A stretch of DNA of 64,000 bases from the NCBI RefSeq assembly GCF_001194135.2, contig NC_068981.1, forward strand, positions 42,054,654-42,118,653. The letters are read 5' to 3'. The position numbers and the translations under genes were made by a program. Within the stretch, counting starts at the first letter, position 1, and the number at the start of each line of letters is the position of its first letter. Below, piece by piece: positions 12,852 through 26,630 of this stretch. Below the pieces are notes generated by a model, which saw nothing but the letters and a program-made list of their open reading frames with translations, searched no databases and had not been told where the DNA came from. Source of the stretch: Octopus bimaculoides. Taxonomy: Eukaryota.

Positions 12852-13135
12852 TGCTGTGTTGCTACTATTTAACCCAGATCAACCCTGATCAAGCTCTAGC
12901 ATAATCATTTCACCCATGATTGTTCCGTCGTTGGTACAGCGTATCTTCATCCAATGTGTCACTTTTTGAGACGATAGAGTATTATTTAAAGCAGACATCG
13001 CTGCTATTTCTAACAAACCAAAAGACATGGTTTTTGTTGTAGTTGAAATACGTCTTTCATATTATGTATAATTCAGGAGAGATTAGGCTGCTGTTTTTAG
13101 CCGGTGAAGAAAGTCTCACGCTAGTTCGTAGCATT
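12852..13135 (+). mobile_element. Dispersed repeat family C, longer copy
   Basis: ttgctactatttaacccagatcaaccctgatcaagc...aatgtgtc...gctgctatttctaac, which matches the fragments at 7877, 11590 and 60800. Confidence 0.55.
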
Positions 13136-13502
13136 ATTGTTTTGAAAGCTACTTGTATTGTCACTGTTGGTGTTGTTTCTACTATTGTATTACTATTGTA
13201 TTACTGTTAAAATCCCGGATTGGAATGTGATGTGTGTTCAGTTGATTTAGGATAACAAAGAATTACTTTAAAATCGCGTGACGCACATACCAAATAGTTT
13301 CCTGTTTAGCTCTCCCTATAAAAATATTTTCCATTTAAGCCAAACCACTCCACTGTATTGTTGCATTGTGCTAAAATACGCTAGTGTCATATCATTAAAG
13401 TTTACTATCCCATTAATGTCCCATAATGTATGTTCGTATATTCCTTTCTGTACCTTTTGCAATACGTATGTATGTGTGTATGCATGTATATATGTATGTA
13501 TA

Positions 13503-13547
<45 letters not shown>

Positions 13548-14629
13548 NNNNNNNNNNNNNNNNNNNNNNNNNNNNNNNNNNNNNNNNNNNNNNNNNNNNN
13601 NNNNNNNNNNNNNNNNNNNNNNNNNNNNNNNNNNNNNNNNNNNNNNNNNNNNNNNNNNNNNNNNNNNNNNNNNNNNNNNNNNNNNNNNNNNNNNNNNNNN
13701 NNNNNNNNNNNNNNNNNNNNNNNNNNNNNNNNNNNNNNNNNNNNNNNNNNNNNNNNNNNNNNNNNNNNNNNNNNNNNNNNNNNNNNNNNNNNNNNNNNNN
13801 NNNNNNNNNNNNNNNNNNNNNNNNNNNNNNNNNNNNNNNNNATATATATACATATATAAATATGTATGAATGTATATATATATATGTGTATGTCTATATA
13901 AATGTATATGTATATATATATTGTAAATATATATACATATATAAATATATATATATGTATATATATATTGTATATATATAAATATATGTATGTATATACA
14001 TACATACATACATACATATATATATACATATACATACATATATATTTATCCATTTATATATAAAATGTATGTATATATGTGTATGTATGCATTCATATAT
14101 AATGTATTATCATTTTTTATACATTTATATATAACAGGTACGTTAAGTGATGCATAATTTAAACATGAATGAAATGTAAAGTTAATGTCATATTTCAGAG
14201 GCATGGTATATATTATGCTTGTGTATATTGCATACGCACACATACACACACATATATATATATATACACACACGCACATATATATGTATTATATGCACGT
14301 ATAAACATATATTTACATATGTATATGTCTGTATGTTGAATGGATTATACATACACACATGTATATAAGTATATATATGTGTAAATTTAGAGAGAGAGAG
14401 AGGGTGAAAGAGAGAGGGAAGGGGACAGAGATTGATAGAATGACAGAGAGAGTGGGAGAGAGAGAGAGAGTGAGAGAGAGAGAGCGAGAGGAAATGAAAC
14501 ACTGAATAATATTTTAAGTAGCTTGAACTGACACAGGATGACTTTTCTCTACTCTGCCGATAGATCTTTCAATTGCACGGTGAATTTTCTTGTTGGATAC
14601 GCTCTTTGATCCAGCAATATTCCATATTT

Positions 14630-14790
14630 ACCCACCTACCTACCTACCTACTTGCCTACCTACCTACCTACCTACCTACCTACCTACCTACCTACCTACC
14701 TACCTACCGACACACACACACGCACACACGTGTACACGTACACATACACACACACGCACGCACGCACACACACAAACACTCTCACACACA
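14630..14790. repeat. (CCTA)n then (CA/CG)n microsatellite
   Basis: Direct reading. It produces the PTYLPTYL ORFs. Confidence 0.95.
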
Positions 14791-15640
14791 TGTTAAACCG
14801 TTAATCCCAACACATTTTTTCTCTCCATTTTTTTCTTTCTCCATTTTTTTCTTCTCATCCCTTTCGGTCAAAGAGCATATGCTCAAAATGTCAAAGACTT
14901 TTCCATTCCATATGAGCGTCAAACTAAAGCATCTGCTTTCTATTTCCCTCACCTGTTTTCGTCTTTTGTTTTCTGTACATTTGAACTATNNNNNNNNNNN
15001 NNNNNNNNNNNNNNNNNNNNNNNNNNNNNNNNNNNNNNNNNNNNNNNNNNNNNNNNNNNNNNNNNNNNNNNNNNNNNNNNNNNNNNNNNNNNNNNNNNNN
15101 NNNNNNNNNNNNNNNNNNNNNNNNNNNNNNNNNNNTATATATATATATATATATTTATATACATGTGTGGTGTTTTATATATGTATATATTTCAAATGAA
15201 TTGGATGCTTTATATTTTTATATGTGCATGAATATACATCCTCAGAAATACTAACCGCCTGTGTATTCAATTATTTGATGCTAAGGTACAATTCTTCATA
15301 AGGCAAAACATTACGAAGAAAAACAAAACAACAATATTATTTCAACGATAATTATTCCAAATAGGTCGGTGAAATTAAATAATATTGTTACTGAAAATAT
15401 ATAATTACTGAAAAAAAATCTTCCTTCTGCTCTATATATATACAGACCCAAATACAGGAATAGTCACATGACAAACATTATGCCTCTGTATTATTACTCA
15501 GCTTACTGCATATATCAGCCAACTCACCATCAAATCGCTCCCTGAAGACGGAGTGGTTGCGAATTCATTGTATCACATCATACATCTACCGAGGCAGGGT
15601 TTCTTTGAGGCTAAAAAGGTACCACAGTAACATCAACAAT

Positions 15641-15679
<39 letters not shown>

Positions 15680-16249
15680 CACAACTATAAGGCTTCAGTG
15701 GGCTACAGCACAAATGCTATCAGCTCAGTTTAACTGACAAAGCTTTGGGCAATCCGAGAGCTTTAGTAGAATATTCATAGCCAAGGGCCCACGCAGTTAT
15801 CATCATGAACTCATCGTTATGAAACTATTCTGTTAACTTCTCGGCCTTGCCAGACTTACACATACGTACACACACACATACACACTCACAAATGTTTTAG
15901 CTAATGTATAGATTTATACCATGCAAAATTTAGGCAATATCTTGACCTTTTCTCACCAAAAGTATTCATAAGCAGTTGAAAAGCATTACTTGCTTCAAAG
16001 AAGTTATTGTGATATTCATGTTCTTATCAAGATTTTTTTTTATCAATATAACAACAGATTGAGTAATTCATCCAAATGTTAATTGAAACCAAGACAGGTC
16101 CTTAGGCGGTTTCATGCACATTTAAAGATCAGTTTTCTATACATAATATTAAGTGATATATAAATGCATGTTTTAATGCATTGTTACGAACAAAAACAGT
16201 CGATCATTAATTGAAGGATCGCTCCATACATTTAAGTATGTGTGTATGT

Positions 16250-16870
16250 ATGTGTAGACTCAAGTATGACTGTTATCGAGCAGTTCATTTTACAGCCACG
16301 TAGATTTGTGCTTGATCTCATTGGGCAGCAGCTTGTCGCCCAATGTGTCCTGTCATAGCTGCCACTGATTAAGCTAGTTTCCATTTGGATTTTCCCATAT
16401 ACAGTTCGACTTAGCCATTTCGGTTGAAATACTAGTATTTAAGTTTTCCTCATAGATGGGTCTGCTGTAGCTTAGTTTTCACTTATTTCTATAGAATAAT
16501 TTTCCGTAATGTTGAGATTAATGTTAAGTAATTTTTGTTTGTTTTTGCTATGTTAGGTTTATTTTTAAAGAGATAATGGATGGCGAAGTGTTATGGTAGT
16601 ATTCAATATTATCGGTCAGCTTCTAGTACTTTGATGTAGAAAGGTGCAGCTATGACGAAGATTTCTTTAATGAACGAAAAATTAGTGATTTTTCAACTGG
16701 TATTGGTTAGATTTTTGAAATCTCTTGGGTGGTAGGAATCTGTATTACCCTATGTAGTCTTTCCGTTAAATTTGCTGTATGGTTCGTATCTATCTGTAGA
16801 GTTTGATATCAATAACTTCACAACACTCAGGTTAATGATAATAGACATTTAGAAGTCGAAATCATTAAAA
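16250..16870 (-). mobile_element. Penelope-like retroelement relic (RT C-terminal/linker region)
   Basis: The minus frame DSYHPRDFKNLTNTS*KITNFSFIKEIFVIAAPFYIKVLE follows the SNHPxxIIKNLPxxIxxRISxLSSNKEIFxxAAPxYxxAL pattern of Penelope-like ORFs. Confidence 0.65.
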
Positions 16871-16935
16871 ATATAGATTAAATTATTAAAGGAATTGATT
16901 AAATTATTAAAGGAATTGGTTAAACTTTTCCAAAG

Positions 16936-16967
<32 letters not shown>

Positions 16968-17147
16968 CAAGGAGTATATAATTTATTGAAGTAGTTTGAC
17001 TTTAGAGTCCCATTACAGCGTGAGGCGTTACTTATAGTAATAGCCCTTTGTATATAATGATAAATTTAAAGAATAAAATTATATATTTTGTATTAATGTT
17101 TTCCTTAATTGGTTTTCCACGCTGGCTGCTTGATAAATATTATATTC

Positions 17148-17190
<43 letters not shown>

Positions 17191-17192
<2 letters not shown>

Positions 17193-17343
17193 CAGCTTCC
17201 ACACAATTTCCTGCCACCGAATTCACTCACAAATCATTCGTCGGTTCGTGGCTATAGTTCAACACACTCACCCATGGATTAGTGTGTTGAACTATCGCCA
17301 TGAACCGAGCAAACTTTTTAACCACACAGCCATGCTCACGCGT
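17191..17343 (-). mobile_element. SINE family A 5' half ending in (TA)n
   Basis: Reverse complement of the head (aaccacacagcc) and of ttcactcacaaatc...gtcgg...ggctatag. It abuts (TA)n where the internal microsatellite normally lies. Confidence 0.7.
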
Positions 17344-17399
17344 ATATGTTCTGTAATCTTTTAATAATCATCGATTTTATTCACATTAGTCGCTTTCTT

Positions 17400-17960
17400 G
17401 AATTTAATATGGATTAATGCAATAAAATCAAAGAGACTATTGATCTCGGCTCTCCCAACAATGTTTAGATATGCTTGTGATACACCGAAGTCAATCATTC
17501 CAAGAAATAGCCATAACCATGTATCATCTGGAAATAATAAAATGCATTGTGTCAGGATTGGTTTAGGAACAAATTCGGTGAAAGTAAATCAGCAGAATTA
17601 TATAAGAGTGTCAAACAGAAACACAAGACAAATAGCTGTGGCATATTTCTAATAGTTAGTTAAGCTAAAATAACGCTTCTGGACGATTAAATTTCTGATC
17701 TGAAATCTTAAGCCAATTGACCATCAAACCAACTTGCATGATTTGAACTTTAGGTGAGACACAGATCTTCTCAATAATTCCATGCAATATTGTGCTAAGT
17801 GTCAATATGTGTGTGCATTTATTTCGATATGTGATTGTGTATCTTAGTGGAAGCTAACGCAATCCATCATTTCTGATCAGTTTATGTGATTCCGATTAGC
17901 AAAGGAAAGTAAACTTTGCTATTCTCCAATCCTTTAGTACATTCTTGATTGATTCATTGG
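17400..17960 (-). mobile_element. Degraded LINE RT N-terminal fragment (RTE-like)
   Basis: Minus frame KNVLKDWRIAK (cf. VPxDWRxAxI) and QVGL...SDQKFNR (cf. QxGF...TDQIFxLRQ). Confidence 0.45.
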
Positions 17961-18280
17961 TTTTTACTTCAGCTATTTACATATTCTAATCAGCTTTTCA
18001 CCATCACAAGAATTTAGTTAGAGCCTCTCCTTTATGTAAGCCCTCTTCGAGATTCTCCGATAATCATATCACAGAGAAAAAGACATTGTGAGATGATTTA
18101 GTTTCAACTATCAGCATTCCAGGTTTAAACACTGACAAGGTTACATATGGCTGCCACTATGAGTGTAGATAAAATATGTTCCAGGAATGTCATGGAATCG
18201 ATTAATTTGACTATACCTATCCTTATAAATTTGTAGCAATATAATACGATATAATATATAACATATGATAGAATGAAATA

Positions 18281-18315
<35 letters not shown>

Positions 18316-18395
18316 CGTGCGTGCGTGCGTCGGTGTGTTTGCGCGTGTATTCCTGTGAGTTTGTGTGATGTGTATGTGTGTGTATAGTACACACA

Positions 18396-18446
<51 letters not shown>

Positions 18447-18989
18447 TTATATATATATACATATACATATACATATTTATTTTATATCCATCTATTTGTA
18501 TATGCACACACAGCATTCATACATTCATTAAGGAGTACTAAAGCATATTTCGTATGACAGTTTCACTAACGCAGGCAGTGTACTGCTCTCTGGAAACTTT
18601 GTTATTCAAAGATCAAATCCTGTTATTGTCAGATATTTATCTCTGCGCTAATTGTGCCCCACAAGTATTTCTTATCTGGTTATTTTCGTTAAGCCTGATG
18701 ACATATTTTTGTAAATATCCTACGTAAATAACTTCTGATATATAAAGCACACTAAATAATTATAAATAATTGCCAAACATTTTAAAAGCCATTATTAGGG
18801 ATGCTTGAAAATTGTACGGAACTAATTTATGTCTCTTCCAAAAGATAAACTTAATGACATAATAACAGACAGATTCAATAATATCGTCATAAGATATTTA
18901 TATGCTCCATGAATCATAGGGGTAAAGTTATATCAATGAAGATTTCATTATAAATTTTGGTGGAGTGCGTTATATATCACATGAAATTG

Positions 18990-20000
18990 AAGTCAGTATC
19001 CTGATCTAGAAAAACTCTCGCCAGTTTCACAATATCACTGTAGTTTGGCAGAGAGATTTGTTCGTCACCCGCTTTATGGCAATACTGTTCCACCTAGGTA
19101 CATGGAAACATTAAAAAACTCACTTCGACGGCTACAAAGCAATGCTTGTCACATGAACTGGAGATATATCGGCAGGTTGTCCGGTACTATATCTGCTCTG
19201 AAATCCTCGTTCTCTATTCAAACACTTAACTTGTCACTCATGATTAACATTCAACTGTAACCCCCGAAATGAGTTCCTATTCTATACCTAATAATTTCAG
19301 TTGGTCTACTTAATTTCAGATAACATATCGATCTCACGTTTTGGCACAAGGCCAGCAATTTCGGGGGAAGGGTAAGTCGATTACATAGACTCCACTGCTC
19401 AGCTGATACTTATTTTATCGAACCCAAAAGGATGAAAGGTAAAGTCGACAGCGGCGGAATTTGAACTCCGAACATAAAGACGGACGAAATGCCGCTAAGC
19501 ATTTAGCCGGCGTGCTAACGATTCTGCCAGCTCACCGCCTTAATTTCAGTTAACATATCAACAGCTGTTTTGCAACTTGGAATCAATACGTTTCGCTACA
19601 AAATATCTCAACAGCTTCATCATATTTGTATGGGCAATATACTTTTTTACATATGAAGAAAACTTGCACATTTGCAAAGAGACTTACAAATCATTCATCT
19701 CCATAATATAGCACTTCTCAGAATTGCATTCTGCAAGTATAACATCAGAAAGTTTATATGATCATTTTATCGATGATTATCACCACATCTCCAATATACG
19801 TTTCCCGATACTTCAAGGACTCTGTGATTCTAAAGCTGAAAACTCGCCAAAGGGGTTGGCCCATAACTCTTTTCTTTTACTCTCTATCACGATCTTTCGT
19901 TTACACAGCCATCGATTTCCTGTATCTTAGCAGACCTCACACTTAAAACTTTTCTATAGCATTCCTTTCACAAAGTGTAACCGTCTGTTCAGTTATGTTA
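18990..20000 (-). mobile_element. Possible Penelope-like RT relic interrupted by a SINE
   Basis: VMGQPL (cf. AMGSPLSP) and ETYIGDVVII (cf. RYVDDVFxI) at about 19790-19880. The sequence is heavily decayed. Confidence 0.3.
19330..19539 (-). mobile_element. SINE family B with 20-bp TSD
   Basis: Flanks ttaatttcagataacatatc (19310-19329) and ttaatttcagttaacatatc (19540-19559), one mismatch. Confidence 0.95.
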
Positions 20001-20883
20001 TTAATCAGCAATAAATCTAGTGAAGATATAAACCCTTGACTGCATGAAGTCATACTAAATGACATGTTATAAGGCAGAAATCAGTAAGCGTTTCTTCAAA
20101 CAAGATTTAAAAAATGTAATGTAATAAAATAATATATATACACATGTATATTATGTGTGTGTATATGTGTGTGTTTATACATGCACACTCATGTATAATA
20201 TGATCCCTCATAGCTTAAATTCGCGAATGATGATAGATGAAAGCGGATGCATATATCGCCTGCAGATTCGTTGGTAACTGACTAGACCAATACGTGCTAT
20301 TCAAATACGGCTACAAGGGTAATTCTGTTCAGGGTTCGGTTCCTCTATGTCATGGCATTTTCTCAATCTTCTTTCGTCCTGAAGTGATGCACTACGTGAA
20401 TTCACAAAGAAGTAGACAGACTGGTGGTTGTATATTGTCAATTCTCACGATCGGAAGTTATTCTAAGTTACTGTCGATTGTCAATGTCGTTGGTGTCATA
20501 GGATTTCTTCAAAATGCCCTTTGTACATTTCTTTTGGTTTATCTTTATCTGTTATGGTAGTTAATGGTGAATCCACCTAAAGAATATTCTTTGGCCCCAC
20601 CATCCAGGAAATGTGCCTTACTCAAACACAATTCTCAGCATGGCCTCAGTGATCTTTGGCTGCTCAAGGATTTTGACACTTCAATGGATATTGATGACGG
20701 TGCGCATACAGTGCTGGTGGAGGGTCCTTTGGAATTATAGTTGGTGATGATACGTTATCTGTAAACCAGATATGTACTGGGAGGTGGCTTGTACAACAGC
20801 TCTGTGCCTGACTGTTTTGTACAGTCAACTGAATACACTGTTTGAAAAAACACCATACATACATACATACACACACACATACA

Positions 20884-20917
<34 letters not shown>

Positions 20918-21062
20918 CGTACATACATACATATGTACGTACATACGCACATGCATGAAGCTCTCTCTCTTTCTCTCTCTTTCTCTCTCTCTCTCTGTAA
21001 ATATGTCTATATCTATCTATCTATCTACAAACATACATACATATATAGACATATACATACAT

Positions 21063-21093
<31 letters not shown>

Positions 21094-21124
21094 GAACAAT
21101 GAAACAAGTGAAGTTGTAGTTTCC

Positions 21125-21950
21125 ATTACGCAAACTCAAGGAATCTCTAAACAACATTCATCTGCACTCAAAGCGCCTTAAAACATCATTAAGAACTTAG
21201 TTAAGAACATATCCTTAGGCTCTTACACCTATTCGCTAATGAACAAATCTTTTAAAGACCTATCCCAATACGATTATGAAGAATCGTCTTGAAGTCATTT
21301 TAAGGACTACATGGTGTCCAGAATTAACACGCCTAAAATACAAAATTGGAATAGACAATGAAATATATGTTGGTAGAACTCACGCTACAACTAATCCGCA
21401 GTTGTTGTTGTCGTTGGCACTCCGTCGCTTACGACGTCGAGGGTTCTAGTTGATCAACGGAACAGCCTGCTCGTGAAATTAACGTGCAAGTGGCTGAGCA
21501 CTCCACAGACACGTGTACCCTTAACGTAGTTCTCGGTGATATTCAGCGTGACACAGTGTGACAAGGCTGACCCTTTGAATTACAGGTACAACAGAAACAG
21601 GAAGTAAGAGTGAGAGAAAGTTGTGGTGAAAGAGTACAGCAGAGTTCGCCACCATCCCCTGCCGGAGCCTGGTGGAGTCTCGTGGAGCTTTAGGTGTTTT
21701 CGCTCAATAAATACTCACCCCGGTCTGGGAATCGAAACCGCGATCCTATGACCTCGAGTCCGCTGCCCTAACCACTGGGCCATTGCACCTCCACTAATCC
21801 GCAGTAACCTTCGTAAATGGAAACGTCTTGAAACAACCTCTAAAACACTTTACTATACCATAGAAATACTACCAAACAATCCAGACGATAACGAAAATAC
21901 ACTGCTCCACCATCCCTACCATCCCAACTCCAATATCTTCAGATCACATT
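21125..21950 (+). mobile_element. Penelope-like relic with GIY-YIG endonuclease motif, split by a SINE
   Basis: NIIKNLVKNIS (same motif as the 16250 copy) and KYKIGIDNEIYVGRTH (YxI...YVGxT, GIY-YIG) immediately before the SINE insertion. Confidence 0.65.
21403..21792 (-). mobile_element. tRNA-derived SINE family D, young copy with perfect 13-bp TSD
   Basis: Head gtggaggtgcaatggcccagtggttagggcagcggactcg...ggtttcgattccc (A and B boxes) and a (CAA)n tail. TSD actaatccgcagt at 21390-21402 and 21793-21805. Confidence 0.93.
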
Positions 21951-22384
21951 TTCATATATCATCTTTCAACTTCTAGATTTTTTCCTGATTTAATGGTTTG
22001 ATAATCGTTAACGTCGAAGTGTGTTTATTTGACTTAGTCAAGAAAGTATTTTCTGATTTAATTGTCAAATAATTAGAATTTATTAGCTTAGTCAGCGTTA
22101 TTCTTGATTTATTTGTTTAATGTTTTCACAATTCAATTGTACAATTGTAAAATAGGAATTATTTATTCAAGAACTTAAAATCCCATTGAGTTATTCCTGA
22201 TTTAATGGTTCAATAATTTATTCACTAAATAACAACAGAGATCATCATCATTCGCTAGAGTACCCCGAATCTGTTAACTTTTAGATTTATTTTAGCGTTA
22301 GTATCTGTATAACAATTCCCGATTTAATTATTTAATAGCTTTAATAGTATATTTATTAACTAGAAGAGAAGTGAAACTCAGTTG

Positions 22385-22387
<3 letters not shown>

Positions 22388-22479
<92 letters not shown>

Positions 22480-22484
22480 TAATA
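22388..22484. repeat. (AAT)n microsatellite
   Basis: Direct reading of the sequence. Confidence 0.97.
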
Positions 22485-22680
22485 GTTAATTTATTTATTA
22501 CTTGATTATTACAATGAACATATGTTCATTGACATAAAAATCAAAGTATTTCTTCCTCGCTTAATGGTTCAATAATAATTATTCATTAGATGATAATTAT
22601 AATTGTTAACAAATGAATAAATTATGAATTAATTTTAATTCTACTTTCATTTCTGTCCCCCCTCTCTCTCTCTCTTTCTT

Positions 22681-22739
<59 letters not shown>

Positions 22740-22989
22740 GTAAGATATATATATATATATATATACGTACGCACACATACACACAGACACAAACGCAAAC
22801 TCACACACGCATTTCTACATATTTATGTATCAACGTTAAACTCCTTCCACTAGTATAATTTTCACTTTCTTCTTTCTTGAATTTAGTATTTCTCGTCATT
22901 TCATCACCTTGATAAGTCACTGTATTTCATCGAGGACAGCGCTTACCTCTTTCTCTCAACATCAGCATCCATCGTTAATACTGAGCGTT

Positions 22990-24620
22990 TCTGCTCCATT
23001 CCTATCTGGCACTCTTAATAACGTGGTATCTTCCTAGCTATAAAACCATATACACTCTCAAAGGCCCTTTCAAAGTCTATAAGAGCCATTATTTAACGTT
23101 ATCTGAATTGAACATACTGCTGTATAGTATGTCTGAGCAAGAATGTCTGCTCAATACCTCGTAATTACTTGAAGCTTGCTTGTACATGCATTAGTATGTA
23201 TTCTAATGTAATCGTTGCATCCTATCGAGGGTAAACAAACAACGCCTTCATTACTATGTTGAAAGTAATAGCCACAGACTCCTAAGATGCTTCATTTTAG
23301 TATACTAATCACGGTAACAGCCTATCAATCTGCAGGTATCTGCTCACTCTGCGATATATTACGAGACAGTTTTCATAATATTTTTACAGCCATTTCTCAT
23401 TGATCTGTTTAATGTTCCTACAATTCTATCCAATACAGGAACCTTTTGGGATTTTAATCGCTTAACAACTAGCTATTTATTCAACCAATATTTAATGTAC
23501 AGCAAATTCCAGCTCTATTGTATTCCAGGAATTATTAAAACATTTCACTCATTAAACGGTTTGCTCATGACTATTAAAATTTTCTCTCTATAATACTTTG
23601 ATTATTATATAAAACATTTTAAGTTACGCATCTTTACTAAACACGGGTAGTTTTTTTGTTCTTTTTACTTGTAATCTCATTAATTATTTTATTAGTTTTC
23701 TAACTTCTCTTCTGTCTCCTGCATTGAGTATTGTAGCTGCTTCATCAGCTTTCACTTCCAAGCATTTTCTTTTATATTTTCTTGAACACCTTTTCACCTC
23801 GCTATTGAGACTCCAATATCTAGCTATTTACACCTTAAGGTCCACTTTATTCCCACTCCAATATTTGGCAATTTGTTTTTGTTCTCTTCGTGCCTCAGTA
23901 AGTTCCCATGTTACATCCAAAATCAATTTTATTCTTTTATCTTTATTAGCCCAGAACACCTATGGTTACATTCCTGTGTACTTCTTTTACATTTCGCATG
24001 CGCTTTTGATGTCTACAACTTCAACTGTAGCTTCAAGCACTGCTAATCGATTTCACTATTCAATCAAAAATTCATCTTTAAATCTACGATCTTTCAACTT
24101 CTTTTCTGTATCAAATCTACTAACACTATCCATTCATTTAGCCTTCAGCTTTAATTCAATCATCCCTTTTACTAACAAATGGTCACTTTCAGTATCTCCA
24201 TCTCGATATATTCTAAAATCTAAAAGCAATATTTATGTTGGTGATTTATTGAAGTATGGTTCTATTTGATTATGATACTTTAGATATGGATATGACCAAG
24301 TATATTTATGAATATCCTCATTTTTAAAGAGGGGACTTCCTGTGATGAGATTGGCTTTACGATATAAAGCGTGAAAGAACATAATTGTTCAAAAGTTCTG
24401 TCTTTTCTGATTCTGTTTGAGTATATAAGATGTTCAATCATACTCAATTTTCACTAGAATCTTCTTGTCGATCATTTCATACCTTCGTTGAGATGATCAC
24501 CAACTTCAATTTCTATAACTCTTCCTAGCATATTATCTATTTCAACAATTGGTTGGGAAAAATCCCGTTCAATTCTTAGCACATCTGTTTGCCAGTGATT
24601 AGAGACTATAAGTTCATTGT
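22990..24620 (-). mobile_element. RTE-like LINE ORF2 relic: endonuclease C-terminus, linker and RT N-terminus
   Basis: Minus frame LFKNEDIHKYTWSYP...NQI...DFRIYRDGDTESDHLLV...LKLK (cf. HKxTWxSPD...NQIDH...DVRxYRGADxxSDHxLV) and ALIDFERAFESV (cf. FIDFEKAFDSV). ORF 23724..24269 (+) is its antisense. Confidence 0.85.
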
Positions 24621-24769
24621 TAGTTTTCATTAATTTTTAGTTTAAATAATGCGTATTCAATAACTAGATCAACTGGTCTATTCGTTTGTTAAATGTGTCA
24701 ATAGCTGAGTTTCTACAGATAGACACACTGTAAACGTTATCCCCAGGAAAGATTAGTGAGACACAGTGT

Positions 24770-24945
24770 ACGACATGCCTAGACCTTTGAATTAAAGGTA
24801 AAATTCATCTGCCTCCCCACCCCCCCACGACACATAAAAACTTTCACTGAGAAGGTTTGGGTCAACCCGAGACAACGGTAAACGACACTTGTCAAAGAAA
24901 CCTCGCAATGGGATTGAATACCGGGACTTCGATGTTGCACATTAA
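24770..24945 (-). mobile_element. Old family A-related SINE 5' fragment
   Basis: ggtttgggtcaacccgagac...gacacttgtcaaag...cgcaatgggattgaa is the reverse complement of the family A head. Confidence 0.5.
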
Positions 24946-25360
24946 TCACTGAAAATGAATATTTATTTATGAAAATTAATGATTAGTAACAAACTAATAT
25001 GGCAATTTTTCGGGCGAGTGTAGATTGTTATCATCTTCCGATTTTGTCAAATTAATATAGGTCATGAAAAAAATTCGGAAAATTATCGAAGACATAAAGA
25101 CGGGGTAGGAAGGACTGAAAACGAGGAAAAGGAATTTTTTTCTTGTCCATAGGTTTCAGTCGTACTGTGATTTATTTTAAAAAAGGAATATGAATATAGA
25201 TTACAAGGGATGAGGTAAAAAAAGAAAGAATAAACAAAGTGATGTTGATAATTAAATGATAAACACAAAGAGACGCATAAAGGATAAGTGATAAGGAGAG
25301 GAAAATTTTTATATCATGATGTTTTGTCCTGTATAAAAAGATATAACAGTTTATACTTGG

Positions 25361-25409
<49 letters not shown>

Positions 25410-25434
25410 NNNNNNNNNNNNNNNNNNNNNNNNN

Positions 25435-25485
<51 letters not shown>

Positions 25486-25749
25486 AACACACACGGTTTC
25501 CCAAACTGAATGTGCACATAGATCGAATGATTATAAAGGCAGTGTTTATGAAAATACATTTCATTTAAAAACTCAATATAATCCACAGGCACAATTTGTT
25601 TTATGAACGCCTGTTTTAAAACTGATGACCTTTCTGGCTCAGGAAATAATGGTAACGTGAAATGTTAGAGTCGAAAACACCAAGTAACTGTTTATTCAGT
25701 ATTTGTGCCTTCTTGTTCAATGGCTGAACTCAGTTATTTTTTTTTTACT

Positions 25750-26583
25750 GTTGCCGGTTTTGTAATGTAAACTTTATCTTTTAAGTATCTCCATGAAAAG
25801 GTCGAGTGGTGTGAAGTCCGGTGAACGTAGCAATATTCTACTGAACGACTTCGTCCTATATACCTATTCGACAAAATCTTGTCAAGGTTGGTCCTTACAC
25901 CATTATGATAGTGCTGCTGGAAATATAACTCCACAACTTCAAATCCATATCAATGCTCAGCATGATAGATTATCACAGCAAGTTCAAGTGAAAGTCACTG
26001 CTCCGTCAAAAAAGAATGGGCCCAATTAATCCCTTTGATGATAAGCCGTGCCATAAATTAACATGCTGTCTCTTCTTCGGGACATTTTGAAATAAAGAGT
26101 GTTGGCGACGTCGTTGCTCAGGTGTGGGGGAGGAAGCGGGAAGAAGTACGAGGAAAGGGGGAGGAAGGGTGAGGAATGAGGAGGGAAGAGAAGAAAATGA
26201 CATGCCCAACAGCTTCCACCACAGTATCAAGTTCGACATTGAACACCCAGCTTCGAATGGCTCGCTAAGCCTCTTGGATTTTCAATGTTTCCTTTGCCTT
26301 GTGGCATGCAACTAATCGATTCTTCGAGAAAGAGACGTAGAAAAACAACTTCCTCCTCTCAGATTCATCTTACTTAGGGACGTTGAAGGACGACATAGCC
26401 CTTAACAAATTCAATCGCTGCCTAAGCAGATATGGGGAGGCCGAAACAGAGAACTCAGTGCTGATGGACTTCACCAAAATGCTGTATCTAAGAGGACACG
26501 GGCTGCGATTTATAAACCAGTGGGCAGTAAACAACAACTATGGTGACAACAATGGCCGACGAGCGAGTGATGACGACGACGGC

Positions 26584-26630
<47 letters not shown>

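Noticed and set aside
21720-21792. tRNA-like sequence (A and B boxes, TCG in the anticodon-like position)
   Set aside because: It is the head of a SINE with body, tail and TSD, and no complete cloverleaf is supported. The same applies to the family A, B and E heads.
23724-24269. 181-aa plus-strand ORF, the longest non-repetitive ORF
   Set aside because: It is the antisense frame of an RTE-like endonuclease/linker relic on the minus strand.
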